Below are positions 18,466-28,034 of a stretch of DNA of 64,000 bases, in pieces (position 1 is the stretch's first letter; every line of letters starts with the position of its first letter). Position numbers and translations under genes: made by a program. This DNA comes from a virus. Location of the stretch: IMG/VR virus record IMGVR_UViG_3300031994_000086, positions 1-64,000 of that record, one strand, 5' to 3'. The notes under the pieces are model-generated. The model had not been told where the DNA came from, made no database searches, and saw only the letters and a program-made list of their open reading frames with translations.

Positions 18466-18771
18466 ATGGCACAAGAAGAAAAATTAAAAGAAGAAGCAGT
18501 AGCAATTCCCAAAGCACTGTATGACAGACTGAACTATTTAGGGCTGATACCTAATGATGTAAGAAACCACAATGTCGGTGAGAGCGACTATTCACAGTAC
18601 ACCATTCAAGCGTGGAGTGTGTGGCTTGATTGGAATCTTAACCCTTGGGATGCAGACATCGTAAAGCGCATACAGCGTAAGAAATCAACCGACCCACGAA
18701 AAAAGGACTACGAAAAGATAATACACATCTGTCAAGAACGCATAAGACAGATAGACTTAAACGGACAATAA
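18466..18771 (+). CDS. hypothetical protein
   Basis: 101 aa. Confidence 0.35.
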   Translation: MAQEEKLKEEAVAIPKALYDRLNYLGLIPNDVRNHNVGESDYSQYTIQAWSVWLDWNLNPWDADIVKRIQRKKSTDPRKKDYEKIIHICQERIRQIDLNGQ

Positions 18772-18776
18772 ACACA

Positions 18777-19604
18777 ATGACAATAAAGACTAATCTCACA
18801 GGGACAGTAACAACAGAGCAGCTGAACAACGCACTGCCGTATATCTCAGCAATCGTTAAGCAAGTAATGGGAGTGGCTAACAATATAGTGTATGTGTCTA
18901 TGACCGATGCACTATACAACATCAAGCAACACCCACGATACAAGCAGAACATCAAGCAGGCGTTCAACAAGGCAGAAGAAGCGTGGAACACCTACGAAAA
19001 AGAACTGCTTAACCCAGTCGGCATAAGGTACTTTCACGTTGAGGATATGCCGCCAGAGGTGCGCAAAAAATACGGTGACATCAGCGACCGTGACTATTAC
19101 GAATTTTGGCAAAATATAGGCTGGTCTGTCTTTGCCAAGAACAGAGCGTTCTTCACGATGATGGATAACAAGTTTAAGTTGTCACTTGAAAAGCACGGTG
19201 TGCCACACGCTGACCTCTTGTGCAGGGCAATGACAACGGAGCAATTACTTAACATCGCCTGCACTCGATACCACGATGCAACAAAGGTCGTGCACAAGGA
19301 GACAGGACTGCCGTATGATGCACTTGACACTCTGTTCGGTTGTTTCAACCTCAAACGCCTGCACGAGCGATGGGCTAAGGCTATGACGCTGATTGTGCCT
19401 AACTTTCCGCTTGGCGAGGTAGAGGATAAGAACCTGCGTATGTCCGTTGAGCAGTTGTATGAGATTATCGCTGACATACCAGAGATGTATGAGGGTATAG
19501 GCAAGTCAACAGAGGACTACCAAGAGGTGTTCCGTACCAAAGGAGAATGGAAAAAAGCAATGAGAGAGATAGAGGAAGAAATGAATGTATTACAGACTAA
19601 ATAA
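18777..19604 (+). CDS. hypothetical protein
   Basis: 275 aa. Confidence 0.4.
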   Translation: MTIKTNLTGTVTTEQLNNALPYISAIVKQVMGVANNIVYVSMTDALYNIKQHPRYKQNIKQAFNKAEEAWNTYEKELLNPVGIRYFHVEDMPPEVRKKYGDISDRDYYEFWQNIGWSVFAKNRAFFTMMDNKFKLSLEKHGVPHADLLCRAMTTEQLLNIACTRYHDATKVVHKETGLPYDALDTLFGCFNLKRLHERWAKAMTLIVPNFPLGEVEDKNLRMSVEQLYEIIADIPEMYEGIGKSTEDYQEVFRTKGEWKKAMREIEEEMNVLQTK

Positions 19605-19736
19605 CAGATATGATGACAAATTATGATAAAGAACGTCTCGCCATATTAGAGTATGAGCGTGACAATGCGACTAAGCATAAATGCCCAAGAGTGGCAGCGG
19701 CAAGACAAAGGGAGATAGACAAAATAATGAAGAGAT

Positions 19737-20810
19737 ATGGAAATGCAGACGTTTAATGTAGGCGACAAGGAGTGCGTGGCACTTGTGAGGAAACTGACAC
19801 CTCGTGAATGTTTCCGTCTTATGGGCGTATCTGACACCGATATAGATAAGATACAAGATGCAGATGTCAGCGTGTCGGCACAATACAAACTCGCTGGTAA
19901 CAGTATCGTGGTTGACGTGCTTTACCACATCTTCCGTAAGGCTTTCGTCAATCGTGGCAATGACACAAGGCAGATGACTATCTTTGATGCTTGTGCAGAA
20001 CAAAACGAGATGGAGTACACACACGGCAATCCGCTACGAGTTGTAACGCTTTGCTCTGGGTATGACAGTCAGTGCCTGGCACTTGAAAGATTAAAAGCGG
20101 ACTACCCACCGTTTGATTATGAGCTGATAGCGTGGAGTGAGATAGAACCTGCCGCCTGTAAGGCACACGATGCACTGTTTCCTCAGTGGGCAGACAGAAA
20201 CCTTGGCGATATGACGAAGATTGACTGGAACAACGTACCCGATTTTAACCTTCTGTTTTACAGTATTCCTTGCACGGATATTTCTCAAAGCGGAAAACAA
20301 GCAGGCTTTACTGAGGGTAGCGGCACTCGCAGCTCTATCATCTGGAATGTGCGTGATGCGCTGATGATTAAGAAACCTAAATACGCTTGTCTGGAGAACG
20401 TGGCGGCAATGGTAAGTCAGAAATTCCTTCCGATGTTCAACCTTTGGCAGAACGAGGTAATGCGGTTAGGTTATACCAACTTCGCAAAGCTGCTCAACGC
20501 AAAGGACTACGGAGTACCGCAGAACAGAGAACGTATATTCCTGTGGTCTGTGCTCAACGAGGGCAAGGACGTGAACTATTACTTTCCGCAGCCGATACCG
20601 TTGACTAAGACGCTGAAAGACATCCTTGAAGATGAGGTTGACACACGTTTCTATCTCAATCCTGGGAGGGTGCAGGAGTTTGTTCGTGACAACATAGACA
20701 AGGTTACACAATATGCTAACGATGGTATTGGCGAGATAGAGCCGATGCCCAATAGGCTGAGGGAATGGGTAGAGAATTATGAGAAGAAATGTATCACCAC
20801 AGACAAGTGA
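19737..20810 (+). CDS. DNA (cytosine-5)-methyltransferase with circularly permuted motif order (IX-X-I-IV-VI-VIII-TRD)
   Basis: N-terminus 'TPRECFRLMGVSD' (motif IX) and 'AGNSIVVDV' (motif X); then 'VTLCSGYDSQ' (I), 'PCTDIS' (IV), 'ENV' (VI), 'QNRERIF' (VIII). Confidence 0.65.
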   Translation: MEMQTFNVGDKECVALVRKLTPRECFRLMGVSDTDIDKIQDADVSVSAQYKLAGNSIVVDVLYHIFRKAFVNRGNDTRQMTIFDACAEQNEMEYTHGNPLRVVTLCSGYDSQCLALERLKADYPPFDYELIAWSEIEPAACKAHDALFPQWADRNLGDMTKIDWNNVPDFNLLFYSIPCTDISQSGKQAGFTEGSGTRSSIIWNVRDALMIKKPKYACLENVAAMVSQKFLPMFNLWQNEVMRLGYTNFAKLLNAKDYGVPQNRERIFLWSVLNEGKDVNYYFPQPIPLTKTLKDILEDEVDTRFYLNPGRVQEFVRDNIDKVTQYANDGIGEIEPMPNRLREWVENYEKKCITTDK

Positions 20811-20879
20811 CGGTTGTATTCCTGCGCTGACTACAAGGTATGAGGCGATGGGAGTGACAAATATCATAGACACAGGTCA

Positions 20880-21700
20880 TTACCCAAGGGGGGGGGGTAA
20901 TAGAGTATTATGAAATCAGTAATTAACCAAACGGCAGATAAAAACTGCAGAACCTTGTGCTCACACTACCACAAGGCAGGTGTGACGGATTTCCTGCCTA
21001 TCAGGGGGGGCAGTAGAGAACTAGAAACCGTAATAGTAGAGATTTATGAGAACAAACGTAGTAGCAAACCTGATGTTCCATCCGTATGACACGATGTTTG
21101 AACAGTCAAGGCGTGTGTACGGTGTCAACGCACTCGCTCCTGCAATGCACACAGTAGGGGGGGGTAACTTAGAACCAAAGATAATAGTGGTATATGAGAC
21201 AGACAATATTCGGGTGGTCGAGGGATAGCAGGGGAGTAGTCACGGACAGACACCCCGTCACGGTGTGCAACTGCATCACCGTAGGTATGCGAGACAACAC
21301 CACACCTTATGTAGTAACGGTATATGAGAACTAAGAACAAGACACTTGTATTAGGGGGTGGGTACGCAGGACTATCAGAGGGGTATGGTAATGTGCTTAT
21401 TATAGGACTGATGAGAACCCTGAGCGTGAACACCGCCTATCCGTTTGTTGCACTGATTTATGAGAACAATAATTGTAAGAAATATGATACAGACAAAACA
21501 ATGCCGCAGTTGTGGAAGGGTGCTGCCACTGACAGAGTACGGTATCAACAGAGCCAAGAATGACGGCTACCAGATATACTGCAAGGAGTGCACCAACATC
21601 AAAAGACGAGAATACAGAGATAGCGTAAGACGCAGGGAAAGGCTAAGGATGTATGAGAGAAAGATTGCAAGATAATAGAAATGTATAATAATTAAAAATC
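20880..21700 (+). repeat. degenerate tandem array (about 130-150 bp units) carrying poly-G tracts (G10, G7, G8, G5TG3) and overlapping small ORFs joined by 'tTATGAGAAC'
   Basis: G10 at 20888-20897, G7 at 21004-21010, G8 at 21157-21164; 'tatgaga[ac]' at 21045, 21193, 21321 and 21458; stem TTACCC/GGGTAA flanks the G10 tract. Confidence 0.5.
21460..21675 (+). CDS. basic zinc-ribbon small protein (CxxC...CxxC)
   Basis: 'CRSCGRV...CKEC' followed by an R/K-rich tail. Confidence 0.35.
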   Translation: MRTIIVRNMIQTKQCRSCGRVLPLTEYGINRAKNDGYQIYCKECTNIKRREYRDSVRRRERLRMYERKIAR

Positions 21701-21708
21701 AAAAAAAC

Positions 21709-22143
21709 ATGAAAACGTATTTTGAAGTCGGCATCCGCTACGACAAGACAATGGAGGACGGCAGCGTCCGCAAGGTAACAGAGAACTATCTCTTGGACGC
21801 ACTAACCTTCACTGAGGCAGAGGCGAGAGTGACAGAGGAAATGACTGCCTATATCAGTGGTGATATGCAGGTGGTGACGGAGAAGATAACCAACATCGCT
21901 GAGGTAGTCACCACGGAAGATGCAGAAGCGGACAAGTACTACAAGGTAAAGCACAGCATCCTCACCATAGATGAGAGGTCTGGCAAGGAAAAGAAACAGG
22001 CGCAGTACGTCATTATCCAGGCTGTAAGTGTTGATGATGCGAGGAAACGCTATGAGCAGTACATCAAAGGCAGCATGATGGACTTGATACTGGAGGCTGT
22101 CAGCGAGACAAAGTATGTAGATTATTTCCCTTACAACGAATGA
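21709..22143 (+). CDS. DUF4494-like protein
   Basis: 'MKTYFEVGIRYDKTMEDGSVRKVTENYLLDALTFTEAEARV' resembles the Bacteroidales DUF4494 N-terminus. Confidence 0.4.
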   Translation: MKTYFEVGIRYDKTMEDGSVRKVTENYLLDALTFTEAEARVTEEMTAYISGDMQVVTEKITNIAEVVTTEDAEADKYYKVKHSILTIDERSGKEKKQAQYVIIQAVSVDDARKRYEQYIKGSMMDLILEAVSETKYVDYFPYNE

Positions 22144-22730
22144 AAGACTGGAAGGGAAATACTAACTCTGTGTTCAAAATCATTGGTGCAAGTAATCACG
22201 CAGACCACGAAAGGGAAAAGCGTGATTACTATGCCACCGAGCCAAAGGCAGCTGAAATGCTCCTTGAACTTGAACAGTTTGCATCACATATCCTGGAGCC
22301 GTGTTGCGGAGCAGGACACCTCGCCAATGTGTTAAAGGATGCAGGCTACAAAGTGGAGTGTAATGACATCATAGACAGAGGATGCAACGATACCACAAGC
22401 GACTATCTCACACGCACAGAAGAATGGCAGGGCGACATCATTACCAATCCCCCATACTCTAAAGCACAGGAGTTCGTGGAGAAGTCACTCTCACTTGTCA
22501 GCGATGGCAACAAGGTGGCGATGTTCCTGAAACTCACGTTCCTTGAAGGAAAGAAACGCAGGACACTGTTTGATGAACACCCACCGAGACGTATATGGGT
22601 AAGCAGCTCACGACTGAAATGCGCAATAAACGGAGACTTTGGCAATACAGGCACCAGTGCTACCGCCTATGCGTGGTATGTGTGGGAGAAAGGCTACAAG
22701 GGTAGTCCAGAGATAAGATGGTTTAACTAA
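22140..22730 (+). CDS. N6-adenine (or N4-cytosine) DNA methyltransferase, NPPY class
   Basis: 'ILEPCCGAGHLA' (SAM motif I) precedes 'DIITNPPYS' (motif IV). Confidence 0.6.
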   Translation: MKDWKGNTNSVFKIIGASNHADHEREKRDYYATEPKAAEMLLELEQFASHILEPCCGAGHLANVLKDAGYKVECNDIIDRGCNDTTSDYLTRTEEWQGDIITNPPYSKAQEFVEKSLSLVSDGNKVAMFLKLTFLEGKKRRTLFDEHPPRRIWVSSSRLKCAINGDFGNTGTSATAYAWYVWEKGYKGSPEIRWFN

Positions 22731-22776
22731 AACTGTTCACACAGAACACTGTCCTTGCAAAGCAAAGTAAATAATC

Positions 22777-22815
22777 AAAAAGCGGTACTCCTTTTTGGGG
22801 GTATCGCTTTTTTTG
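22777..22815. terminator. bidirectional rho-independent terminator between the convergent early(+) and late(-) operons
   Basis: AAAAAGCG...CGCTTTTTTT, symmetric A/T tracts. Confidence 0.45.
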
Positions 22816-22844
22816 TAAGGCTCAGTTACAACAGAAACGATTTT

Positions 22845-23360
22845 TTATACATTAAAGTATTTTCTGATGTTAAACACACCATCTTCATCTTTCAGATAAT
22901 CAAGGGCAAGGGCATTCATTACACTGACAAGTTTTTCTGTCGGTATCTCTGCCAGAGGTTTCTCCCACACTTTTTCTGCCAGCGTTTCTGCATTGTCGGA
23001 ATACACCATATTCATAGCAACCCACAATGCGTATGGGTTGTAATAAGGTTTTTCTTCTGTCTTAATACCGAAACTCTCCATTGCCTGTACCCATGTCTGC
23101 CATGACCACGGAGCTTTCGGCTTCATGCCTGCAACGATTTTCTCTGCTTCCTTGTGCGTAAGGTAGTTATTCCATTTCATTGCCTCAAGGGTGTCTATGT
23201 ATTCTTCCGCTTCTGCTGGATGAACCTCTATCATATCACCCATCATCTTGCGCATAACCGAACCAAATAGACGCATATTTTCCACCTCGGTAGAGGCTGA
23301 CATCATACTGTATAACTCATCAAAACGTTCTTTTAATTCTGTGTTTTGTGTCTGTGCCAT
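22845..23360 (-). CDS. hypothetical protein (last gene of late operon)
   Basis: 171 aa. Confidence 0.4.
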   Translation of the reverse strand: MAQTQNTELKERFDELYSMMSASTEVENMRLFGSVMRKMMGDMIEVHPAEAEEYIDTLEAMKWNNYLTHKEAEKIVAGMKPKAPWSWQTWVQAMESFGIKTEEKPYYNPYALWVAMNMVYSDNAETLAEKVWEKPLAEIPTEKLVSVMNALALDYLKDEDGVFNIRKYFNV

Positions 23361-23363
23361 ATT

Positions 23364-23861
23364 TTATTTCTTTAGTAGTTTTTCAATCATTGCTTTCATT
23401 TCCTTTGTGTCGGCAGCCTGTTTGTCTATAATGCTCTGCATCTCGTTCAGCCGTTTCTCATAGGCTACATTTTGCTGATACACTGGGTCAATGTTCTGCA
23501 ACAGTGCCGCACATTTCTTTTTCACTTCCTCGTGCATAGGCATAAGGCGCAGTGCTTCCTCGCTTCTTGCCTGTAGCATACGCACACCGTTCACTACATC
23601 TTCCTTGTTCGGAGTAATAAGCATAGCACCATCATTACTCATCGTCTGACTGAGGGAGTCCGTCAGCTCTATGCTCTGTGTCCTACCGCCAAAGTTTGCG
23701 GTAACATCAATAACAGATTGCAACTGCCCTTTAGCAATCTTTGCTTTGTCCTGTGTGATGTGCGGTGTACCTACATACGTCACAGTACCTGTTCCGACTT
23801 CTATCTTGTTGCAGTCAAGGATGTAAAGCGGATAGCCTTGTTTGAGTTCTTTGAATAACAT
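23364..23861 (-). CDS. hypothetical protein with C-terminal coiled coil
   Basis: 165 aa. Confidence 0.4.
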   Translation of the reverse strand: MLFKELKQGYPLYILDCNKIEVGTGTVTYVGTPHITQDKAKIAKGQLQSVIDVTANFGGRTQSIELTDSLSQTMSNDGAMLITPNKEDVVNGVRMLQARSEEALRLMPMHEEVKKKCAALLQNIDPVYQQNVAYEKRLNEMQSIIDKQAADTKEMKAMIEKLLKK

Positions 23862-23919
23862 AATGCTTTTGTTTTAAGTTAAGGGCGAGCCAAGCATAAC
23901 CCGACTCGCCCGAATAGTC

Positions 23920-24591
23920 TTACGGTGTTGTTGTGGTTGTTTTCAGCGAGTTTATGATGTCTTGTGTCTGGTTCAAACGACCGACCTCGTCACGGAGCTG
24001 CTGAATGGTTGTAGCCTGTTCGAGTTGCTTGCTATTGCACAGCCAATCGAGGACTTTCTGTGTGTTCGCTGTGTCATTGGCTGCAAGCATCTGACCTTGC
24101 TGCTGGATAAGATAGCCAATGTTGGCGAAGCCTGCCTGCATGGTGTTTGTCTGCTGACAGTTAGCCAGTTGGTTCTGATAGCCCTGCTCCAGTGTCGCAG
24201 TTTTCATCTGACAGCAACAGTCCTTCATACCCAGAGCGAAAGAGTTAAGACTGGTGTTTACGTCTCCTATCTGCGCTCCTATCTGTGTAAAGCCTGCCTG
24301 TGTCTGCGCTTGTGCAGCGTTAGCTGCCATCTGTCCGCTCAGTCCGTCTATACGGCTGTTTACTCCACTGATACTACCCATCAGCTGTGCCTCCTGCTGA
24401 CCTGCGAGTATCTGACGGCTCAAAGAGTCAGTACCTTGTGTAGCTGCCATAGCTGCTGCTCCTCCAGCGTTGTTATTACCGAACAGTCCACCGTTACCAA
24501 GCATAGCACCGAGGAAACCACCGAAACCAGCACCGAACAGGTCGCCCCAGCAACCGCTACCACCACCTGTGTAAATCTTTTCTGTGTCCAT
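23920..24591 (-). CDS. Gly-zipper / Gln-Asn-rich protein with CCC motif
   Basis: 'GGGSGCWGDLFGAGFGGFLGAMLGNGGLFGNNNAGG' then a Q/N/A-rich low-complexity segment and poly-T tail 'TTTTP'. Confidence 0.4.
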   Translation of the reverse strand: MDTEKIYTGGGSGCWGDLFGAGFGGFLGAMLGNGGLFGNNNAGGAAAMAATQGTDSLSRQILAGQQEAQLMGSISGVNSRIDGLSGQMAANAAQAQTQAGFTQIGAQIGDVNTSLNSFALGMKDCCCQMKTATLEQGYQNQLANCQQTNTMQAGFANIGYLIQQQGQMLAANDTANTQKVLDWLCNSKQLEQATTIQQLRDEVGRLNQTQDIINSLKTTTTTP

Positions 24592-24716
24592 AATTGTGTT
24601 TGTGTTATTGAAAGTTAGACTTAAATTTCAATGCGCATTGTTAGTGCGAAGATAGACAAATAACCCTGCCGACACAAACAATTAGACAGATACAGAGTGC
24701 CGTTATTTGGCACTAT

Positions 24717-24944
24717 CTAACAGACGGATGAAAGCCTCTTAATGATGCGTAACAGTGTTCTTCTTGGTATGTTATACTTCTCTGATAACTTTTCGTAGAT
24801 ATATTCTTTCTTTTCGTTGTTTCCGACCATCATTGTATATTCCTCATACATATCTGTGTACTGATAGTCTTTAATTCTGATGCCATAACTTGACATCATT
24901 TCCATTGTTTTTCCGTTAATCTTTACTAATTCTGCCAATTTCAT
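24717..24944 (-). CDS. hypothetical small protein
   Basis: 75 aa. Confidence 0.3.
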   Translation of the reverse strand: MKLAELVKINGKTMEMMSSYGIRIKDYQYTDMYEEYTMMVGNNEKKEYIYEKLSEKYNIPRRTLLRIIKRLSSVC

Positions 24945-25113
24945 AGTGCAAATTCAATTAAATTGTGTAACTTTGCACTCATTCTCAACCCAACATACGG
25001 ACACAACAATCCACATCGTGAAAAGAGAGGAGCACCATATTCCCCGACTTCCACGATGTGGACTGTGTATGTAATTGGGTTGAGATACTTTTACATAGGT
25101 CGGGGATTTTTTT

Positions 25114-25773
25114 CTAAACCCCTATTGCTTTCTTCGCTCTTGTGATATATTTCTCGCACTCAGCCCATCCGTTAAGCCCTCCGTTGATACGCTTGCGTAC
25201 ATCCTTGCCCTTGTCTTGCTTGGCAAGCAACAGACATTTGCTTCCAAAATAATGGCAGGCGGAACGGAAACTACCCACACGCTTAGACATTAAATCGGGG
25301 TCTTTGACAACATCATAGCCGCACCATCGGGCATAGTCCTTGTAGTTAGCCTTGCCAGCATATTGTATCAGTCCACGACCTCTGTACTTCCATCCATCTC
25401 CACTCTGCTCGTCACCGTTGCCGTTACGCCACGCATAGACATAGTTAGCAATTTTTGAAGGCTTATATTGGTACTGCATCGCCATCTGTGTTGTCGGGAA
25501 ACGCTTAGTCCAAGTATTCCGCAACCCTGCCGCTGAGTAGTTAAGGTTTTCTTCCGAGTAACGTAATTCAGCACTTTCAACGGCAACGTTAGCAAGAAAA
25601 TGAACCCATTGTAACGGTTCTGTGATACCACTCTCAGCCGCATAGTAGTTAAGCAGTTGTGTTGCCGTGGTAATATCCAATGGCATACCGTTGGAATACC
25701 AGTTCTTGTTCCGTGCCACGTTCGCCTGTGCGTTGGGCATTATCTTTAGTAATTGCGATGTTGTTATCTGCAT
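25114..25773 (-). CDS. endolysin, glycoside hydrolase family 19-like
   Basis: 'GWKYRGRGLIQYAGKANY' matches the GH19 catalytic-core signature (Y-R-G-R-G-x-I-Q-L-T-G-x-x-N-Y). Confidence 0.65.
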   Translation of the reverse strand: MQITTSQLLKIMPNAQANVARNKNWYSNGMPLDITTATQLLNYYAAESGITEPLQWVHFLANVAVESAELRYSEENLNYSAAGLRNTWTKRFPTTQMAMQYQYKPSKIANYVYAWRNGNGDEQSGDGWKYRGRGLIQYAGKANYKDYARWCGYDVVKDPDLMSKRVGSFRSACHYFGSKCLLLAKQDKGKDVRKRINGGLNGWAECEKYITRAKKAIGV

Positions 25774-25808
25774 AGCGTTATATGTTTATTTCTTCAATCT
25801 CTAATTCA

Positions 25809-26192
25809 TTAAACCTCCACCAGAGTAAACTCTATGCGAGGATGTTCTTTATCTATATACTTGTTTGCGACAATCTTTACACAGTTACGGTCATTCTTGA
25901 TAGTCTTACTTGACTGTAACGTGTCAAGGACTAACTTAAAAGCACCGTCTAAATCCTTTCTGTTACTGCTGAAATACACATCAAGATATATCTCAAAGAA
26001 CCCACTTATATTTGCATTTCTCAGTGGGTTCTGTAAATAGAACTTTTCCTCAAAAGCCTTGACTGCATCTGTCTTTTTCAGCGATGCGTGACCGCCTATC
26101 TTGATGATACGGTACTGATTGGATTTAGAAACAACGTCTCCGTAAATAGTTACTTTTGGATAACTTTTCCTCTCACTTGTCATATTAAGCAT
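25809..26192 (-). CDS. hypothetical protein (lysis cassette)
   Basis: 127 aa. Confidence 0.35.
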   Translation of the reverse strand: MLNMTSERKSYPKVTIYGDVVSKSNQYRIIKIGGHASLKKTDAVKAFEEKFYLQNPLRNANISGFFEIYLDVYFSSNRKDLDGAFKLVLDTLQSSKTIKNDRNCVKIVANKYIDKEHPRIEFTLVEV

Positions 26193-26226
26193 TATTAATC
26201 AGTCTTATTTTACTGCGACAATATAA

Positions 26227-26673
26227 CTACTTATTGTTGAACAACTTAATTGCTCCAACTAAGATAACACCAGCAAGTAAGCAGAGCAAAACCTTGGTAA
26301 GGAAATCATCGTACCACGCTTCTTTCTTCTCTGCCACCTCCTTGCTCTGCGCCTGTACCTCTCGCACCTTATACACCGTATCAACACGCACACGGTCATT
26401 GTAGCGTACATTCCAGCGTTCAGTGACGGAATAGACCGTATCGCCACGCTCATAGACGTGGTAAAACACACTGTCACGATGTATGATGCTATCTCTCTGC
26501 TGTGTGTAAATGCGCACTGTGTCCGTCTTGGTAACGATGTTTTCTTGCTCAACGGTTTTGCACCCCCCGAACAACAAGGCAAGCCCCAACATAGCATACA
26601 CTATGGCAATACCGCCTACCAATTCAATTAGAAATTGCTTGATTACTTGTTTATGTTCTTTACTCATACGCAT
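26227..26673 (-). CDS. membrane protein with N- and C-terminal TM segments (spanin-like)
   Basis: N-terminal TM plus 'FGGCKT' lipobox-like, and a C-terminal TM. Confidence 0.35.
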   Translation of the reverse strand: MRMSKEHKQVIKQFLIELVGGIAIVYAMLGLALLFGGCKTVEQENIVTKTDTVRIYTQQRDSIIHRDSVFYHVYERGDTVYSVTERWNVRYNDRVRVDTVYKVREVQAQSKEVAEKKEAWYDDFLTKVLLCLLAGVILVGAIKLFNNK

Positions 26674-26875
26674 AGTCTTTGATAAATCCCTCTATCCTCA
26701 CGGACTGAGGGTGGAAAAATTAACTTATATATACCATGAAAAACAACTATCTTAGAATAGATTGCCTTGTGCGTAGTAGCTGATAAGGTCTGCATTTTCC
26801 CTCAGCCACGCACGCATCATCTTCCTGCGCATCTTGCTACCACCCTTGACAGATGATTTGCGCCTGTCACGGAGA

Positions 26876-27361
26876 TTACTTGTTCGCATTAAGTGCCTCC
26901 TCCACTTCTTCGGGTGCGACTCCCAATTTGTTAGCTATCTCGCCTTTTAACACTGTCTTGAACAATCGCAAAAATGGCATATCTGGCTTGACTATCAGCA
27001 TACTGCCAGCCATACTCCATATCTCACAGACTAAGATGGGTATTGATACAACCGTGGTGCATAATGTTGTACTTGCAACCTTATCTACTTGTATCAAGGC
27101 TGCCAGCGCACTGCCATAGATGGCTATCTTTGCCACTGTCTGACGCATCAGTTCGGATAGAGCGAACTTACCTTGCTTGATAGAGGCTGAAATGCCCCAG
27201 ACGGCATCAAGCAAGATAGCTATAAGCACTGCCTTGACCACTATCGCATGGTCAGCAAAGAAATACTCAGCGAGGAACAGCCCTAATGCTATCACCCAGC
27301 CTTGCACCGTCTGCAAGATTGCGCCGAGCTTGGTTAGTGTTTTGATGATTATCTGTGTCAT
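26876..27361 (-). CDS. putative holin (multi-TM small membrane protein)
   Basis: 161 aa with three or four hydrophobic helices and a charged C-terminus; next to the endolysin. Confidence 0.4.
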   Translation of the reverse strand: MTQIIIKTLTKLGAILQTVQGWVIALGLFLAEYFFADHAIVVKAVLIAILLDAVWGISASIKQGKFALSELMRQTVAKIAIYGSALAALIQVDKVASTTLCTTVVSIPILVCEIWSMAGSMLIVKPDMPFLRLFKTVLKGEIANKLGVAPEEVEEALNANK

Positions 27362-27367
27362 TGTATG

Positions 27368-27631
27368 TTAGTTGATTAGAATGTATCTTACCGCATAGCC
27401 TATTGTCGCACCTGCAACAGTGCAGAGCCAGTCAAGCCAATCCCACTTGTTGCCATACTTCAAATCTTTCAGCTCCAGCGCACTCGCCACACCTACACCT
27501 GTGTACTCTGCGCAGTACCATGAGTCAGCCAAAAATCCTATGGCTATGGCACATACAAGGTGCTGCCACCTGTTACTATCGGTCAGCCACTTAAACATCT
27601 TCCACCTCACTTTCCTGCTGTATTGATGCAA
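27368..27631 (-). CDS. small membrane protein
   Basis: 87 aa with two TM segments. Confidence 0.3.
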   Translation of the reverse strand: MHQYSRKVRWKMFKWLTDSNRWQHLVCAIAIGFLADSWYCAEYTGVGVASALELKDLKYGNKWDWLDWLCTVAGATIGYAVRYILIN

Positions 27632-27638
27632 TCATATC

Positions 27639-28028
27639 TTATCTATGTTCTATTGTTATTGCATTCACTATTGGCTTGTCTAACGCTGCCGCTCTTGCAT
27701 TTGACAGATACGAATATAAAAATCTATTAGCATTCTGCGGAATCCGTATTCGGTGGAATTCATAATCAGCGTATCCTACACCGATGACAAATGTATTGCC
27801 ATTGAAGAATGCGAGACCATACGGTGCATAACCTGTTGCCCTGAATATCACGGCAGTGTCAGTCGTCGCAAGTTCCACATCACAGTACTTCTGATTGGCA
27901 TTGGGTATAAGTAGCCCATCTGCACATCCTACAGCTTGACCAATAGTAAATGAAGGAGTAACAACTCTCTCTGACGTAATAGCATTGGCTGAATAATTTG
28001 CGCCTTTAATAACTAAATTTTTTCCCAT
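27639..28028 (-). CDS. hypothetical protein (tail-fibre accessory?)
   Basis: 129 aa. Confidence 0.35.
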   Translation of the reverse strand: MGKNLVIKGANYSANAITSERVVTPSFTIGQAVGCADGLLIPNANQKYCDVELATTDTAVIFRATGYAPYGLAFFNGNTFVIGVGYADYEFHRIRIPQNANRFLYSYLSNARAAALDKPIVNAITIEHR

Positions 28029-28034
28029 CTTTAA

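Noticed and set aside
20880-21700. Diversity-generating retroelement or retron, considered because of the unusual repeats
   Set aside because: No reverse-transcriptase ORF is present anywhere in the window. The repeats have no template/variable pairing with A-specific differences.
22755-23105. 116-aa + strand ORF past the early-operon terminator
   Set aside because: It runs antisense to the 22845-23360 late gene and lies beyond the bidirectional terminator. Its Phe/Cys-rich composition is typical of antisense noise.
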